From: Lytechinus pictus
Taxonomy: Eukaryota
Assembly: GCF_037042905.1 (NCBI RefSeq)
Contig: NC_087252.1
Coordinates: forward strand, 23,066,001-23,130,000
Reading direction: 5' to 3'
Length of the DNA: 64,000 bases
Positions 59,814 through 64,000 of this stretch are shown here, piece after piece. Position 1 is the stretch's first letter. Every line of letters starts with the position of its first letter. The notes under the pieces were generated by a model, which saw only the letters and a list, made by a program, of their open reading frames with translations, did no database searches and was not told the origin of the DNA. Made by a program: the position numbers and the translations under genes.

Positions 59814-59985
59814 TGACGTGATCACCCATCAGCGGTTGTGATTGGTGGAAAATGATGTCATCCACTTGATTCATCAATTACTGCTCTATTTTTAGCGCAC
59901 GTTCTCTGTGCGATTACAAACGTATTGCATCAGCTGATAACATGATGTATATATAAACAACGATTTCGCATTGCAACACCACTTC
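59814..59985 (+). promoter_or_regulatory. Promoter of the AAC4-like gene: UPRE/CRE-like, CCAAT, C/EBP-ATF (AARE), TATA and Inr elements
   Basis: TGACGTGA 59814-59821; ATTGG 59841-59845; TGATGTCA 59853-59860; ATTGCATCA 59924-59932; TATATAAA 59950-59957; Inr-like CCACTTC 59979-59985, about 31 nt after the TATA box. Confidence 0.6.
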
Positions 59986-59991
59986 AACAAA

Positions 59992-60246
59992 ATGTAGGCT
60001 GCTAGAGAAAACCACGATAGATTTGTGCTTAGAAATGGAACCTAGGTGAAATCCAGACGGAACAGAGAAGGCGAGAAAATGACGAACTCAATACAAAATG
60101 AAAATATGAACCACAACGTCTCCATGATGCGACGGCAGAAAAAACGGAGTGTACGGAGTAATTTTAACGGGTTCCACCCTCGGCGTCCCCCGAAGTGCGG
60201 GCAGGACGGGTGTTGTGTTCTTCGCTGCTGGCCAAGCGAGGGTTAG
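59992..60246 (+). promoter_or_regulatory. uORF cluster in the AAC4-like 5' leader
   Basis: ATG-TAG 59992-59997; MEPR* 60035-60049; 55-aa ORF 60079-60246; MKI* 60098-60109. Confidence 0.6.
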
Positions 60247-60463
60247 GCATCGAAACAAGCACAACAAATCCCGATTCCAAGCCCAAAATACGCAAGGAGC
60301 ACAGACTATAAACACACATCATACGCATTGCAACATCTACATCGGAGAGAATTTCGCTACCAAGTTGCAGGCGGCTTTTCAGTTTGAGAAATCCCTCCGG
60401 CAGATTGATCCTGAAGACGGATTTGTGCAGTGCAAGTTTGATCCTTTCAGACGGTACCAGGAG

Positions 60464-62840
60464 ATGAATTTGTCCGGCATGGCAGCGAGGATGAAGGAGT
60501 GCCCCAATGCTGGTGGTGATTCAGTCGAGTCAGAGGTATTGAGGTAAGAAACAAGTTTTTTTTTTTTAATCTATATTTATATTGAATTATAATCTTGTAG
60601 CTCAGTACCGGTAGTCAAGTTTTTGTGCAAAGCATTAAGTATCACTATCACTATCAGTATCTAGAATGGCATTTCAACAACAATAATTATATGCAAATGA
60701 TTTGATTTGAATTGTGTGTGTATGTATGATCTCGAAGTGAAAAGAGTTGTGTATGAAGAGTGGGTCTGCAAAATTATATATATATCTCTGTTTAATTTTC
60801 TAACATGAATGTACACGCATAATTCTGTTTATATAGATCCCGATATAAATCTAGGCCGATGTTTATTTACACCTTCACATACATGCACTCATTCTAATTC
60901 TCATCAAACTCCTTCAATAACAATGAAACATAAATATTCCATTTAACTCTTTAGTAGTAGAATTGGCAGAGAAATTCTGCAATAAGTCAAACTCTAGGCA
61001 CAGATCCAGCCGGATTAGACATGTAATTACTTTTGAGATACAGACTATTGCTCAAAAACAGTATGGGCCCTAAAATGTTATTGCGTCTAATCAGGCTAGA
61101 CCCCCTGTGTATGTACCCCATGTTTCCAATAAGTCTGTTACCCCGATCCCATGATTATGCCACCACAGTTTGGAGTTGCTCCATCGGTGCTTCGGGGCCA
61201 AGCTGTTGAAGACCGAGATGGAGGTGCAGTACTTCCCGTACGGGGGCTCCATCGTCGACTACACCTGCGAGATGTTTGGGGTCAGTTTGGGCGTGTCCGT
61301 TACCAGGGCGATGAAGTACAAGGGAGAGTTTGAGAAGGAGGACGCAGAGAAGTTGTTGGGCAAGAAGTTGAGGGGTGAGTGCCCAGGGTTTGATCGTCTG
61401 ACATTTTAAGCAGGGGCGGATCCAGGATTTCCCAAATAGGGTGAATAAAAATTCTTGCAAGAAAACAAAAGACAAAGAAGGTGGGGGGGGGTCCCCTTTG
61501 GCTCCTTGGATCTGCACCTGTCTCATAACGACTTGTTATAAAAACAAATGCCCAAGTTCTCAACAAGATTTACTATCAGCCAATCAAATTGAATGATTTC
61601 AGTAGCTTTAAACTGCACATTTATAATTATAACAAGTTTTATGAAAAGGGCACATGGAGATTATTTTATATGATTCTGAACTCAGTTATGAAAAGTAGTA
61701 TCCATAGGAGACGAGAGGTTAATGCTATAATATAAATTTTCTATAGACCCCAAGCTGCACTCTAGTTTGGTCCAAGGGAAAGGAAAATTTATAGGCCCTT
61801 GCTTCCCTTTCTGCACTGGGGCCAATCTGGGCCCCGTCTTACAAAGAGTTACGCTTGATTCGATCAATCTCAAGTATATGGAAATCCATCATTGTCATAA
61901 TTTTTTCTTCTGGAAATTTGCTCAATATCCTTTAGAAACAAAGAGAAGCATACTGAATTGTCAAGAAAAAACAGTGAATGTATGAATATATATAATTTCT
62001 AGAAAATATGTCAAGAACAAACATATATTTTAGATGTTGATGTTGCTGGCTTTCCATATTGATCAGATCAATCGCAACTCTTAATCAGATCTGCATGACA
62101 TGCTCAGTCTCCAACGGGAGAAAAGGTAGCACCTGCATGCTCATTGCTCATGATCATACAACTAAAGGGACAAATACTCGTAGCTGGAAGTCTACATGTA
62201 ATTCCAATTTAAACGTTTCTAATGTAGTGATATTCTGCCTTATTGATTTAGGGAAAACAGAATTTCAAGCAGTTGGCAAGATTTGTTGTTACAACTGGAA
62301 AATTTTCACAATAATTAATTTGGACATAATCTAGGCATTTTCTTCTCCTCTTTATTAGGAGTTTATTGAAAAACAACCCCAAATATTTCCCAATGATTCT
62401 TTAGCTCAGGTCCATTTTATTATTTCTAATTCTCATACATAATACATTGAAATATACACAAAAATGAGGACCTGCATAGATATACAAAATATGGTTGAGA
62501 TTAGACATTATTTTTTGGGGGTAAAATCCTCTAAGTTTCTGAAAATACAAAAGTTTCTATTTGCATGCAGATTTCTTTTGTAAAAAGTGTATTATAAGGG
62601 CATTGTTTCTATTATGACCTCTACTTCATTTTCTTGTTCTTAGGTATCATGAATGCTACCCAGAATGCATTGGATAAATGGTCCAAGCAGATCCTCCACA
62701 TCTGGGCGACCTCCACCAAGGTCGCTGACGTCTTGACCTCCGTTTACCATGACCTTTCGCCTCAGTTGAGGACCAATACCGTTGTATTGGTTACCATAGT
62801 AACCACTCCCCAGCATTCCTTGTTCAAGAACTCAAGATGA
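60464..62840 (+). CDS. Uncharacterised AAC4-like protein (Dictyostelium 'AAC-rich mRNA clone AAC4'-like family); join(60464-60543,61169-61374,62644-62840), at least 160 aa; frame open from 60128
   Basis: Three exons join in frame (AG|GTAAG, CAG|, G|GTGAGT, TAG|). Motifs are PNAGGDSVESEVLS, KTEMEVQYFPYGGSIVDY, GVSVTRAMK, LLGKKLRGI and KQILHIW. The family assignment is from recall of these motifs, and the true start codon is uncertain. Confidence 0.82.
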
Positions 62841-63066
62841 CCCTAGCTGTCAATAGAAGTTTAGATATTTTTGTATGGAAATCTTGTATTTGTATTCATG
62901 AAATACAGTCTGTCTTTCATTTCAAAAGTATAATTGAATTTATGTTCAAACCCCATCGCAATATTGAATACTTTTATGTTTTATATATACTTTTTATCTG
63001 AATTTCTAAAGAAATACTTTTGTTATGCAACCTCTATTGAAAGCTGAATATTCTATAATGGACAAC

Positions 63067-63329
63067 CAGTGGCGTGCCTAGGATTTTCCACAGGGGGAGC
63101 AAATTCGTCTGCCAAAAAAATAAAAATTTGACGAGCAAAAAAAAAAAAAAAAAAGGTCTTCAACCACAAATAAAGGATTTCGTACCAGAAAAAAATTTGA
63201 CAAGAAAAAAAAAAGGTCTTCAAGACTCGTCAGGGGGGCAGGGGTGTGTCCCTTGCATGGGTTGTGACTCGTCAGGGGGGGGGGGGCAATCTGCCCCCTC
63301 TGCCCCCCCCCCCCGTAGGTACGCTAGTG
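63067..63329. mobile_element. hAT-like MITE, same family as 14657-14911, opposite orientation
   Basis: CAGTGGCGTGCCTA ... TAGGTACGCTAGTG with a perfect 8-bp TSD TGGACAAC. Confidence 0.8.
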
Positions 63330-64000
63330 TGGACAACTCACCATGCTTTTCTTTTTCTACAATTTTATGCAGTATTTTCTATCACCAAATATGTTTCAAC
63401 TCAAGTGTGCGATGCATGTATGCTGAGGTCTGTACTAAATGCAAGCGATGCTCTACAAGTAAAAATTATGCAGTTAACATAGTTAGCTAAATTCAAAATA
63501 GTTTAGTTCTCAATAATCTATCAAAATTTTCCAACTCACTTGTGAAGTTAACTGAAAGCTAATGAAGTCAGCTTAGAAATAAATCATCAAGAACTTGTAC
63601 TTAAATATGACGAGAAAGAGACTGAGAGAGAGAGAGAGAGAAGGGAGATAGAGATATTGAGTAGAGAGAAAATGTAGTTAGGGAGGTGCTAGTAATTAAG
63701 TCATAGAAAAACCTTATGTGTCGCAAGCAATATATTTATTGTAATTTATCTGCCAGAGTGCATTAACTGTGTGTATTTAGTTTCATAACTTTGTATTTTT
63801 ATGCTATATAACTTGATATGAAACATTTCTTCACTTCATAAAAAATATATCAAAGAACCAAATGTGAGGAATAGATCAATGAAATTCATATTTTTATAGT
63901 TTTTGTAAATAAAAATTGCTTCATAAGCACTATCTAATGTTATAAAAAAAATATGGAAAATATATTCATGTGTTCCAAGAGCAGAAATAAGAAAAAAATA

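Noticed and set aside
60155..60175. Canonical -1 frameshift heptamer before the hairpin
   Set aside because: AATTTTAAC does not fit X XXY YYZ in the uORF frame, and the -1 frame is closed by adjacent TAA codons. The open frame is +1.

Overview
AT-rich, repeat-dense eukaryotic genomic DNA. The repeat families resemble those of sea urchins or other echinoderms (inference). Three spliced protein-coding genes can be reconstructed by hand. (1) ATP6V1A, V-ATPase catalytic subunit A: + strand, 13 coding exons from 15991 to 34516, 613 aa. It has a U12-type intron and, unusually, locally duplicated copies of three of its own splice junctions. (2) A small, divergent heterotrimeric G-protein gamma subunit: - strand, exons 54744-54844 and 45756-45870, 71 aa ending in CTLL. 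The ORF track does not reveal it, and its 8.9-kb intron holds a multi-level nest of transposons. (3) An uncharacterised AAC4-like gene: + strand, about 60128/60464-62840. It has a TATA/Inr promoter carrying ATF4-type and UPRE-type motifs and a leader packed with uORFs. Its main frame stays open for 112 codons with no AUG and overlaps a 55-codon uORF, which suggests non-AUG initiation, +1 frameshifting or an indel. The rest is tRNA-derived SINEs, two truncated LINEs, many non-autonomous DNA transposons, minisatellites and microsatellites. No CRISPR array, rRNA or genuine tRNA was found.
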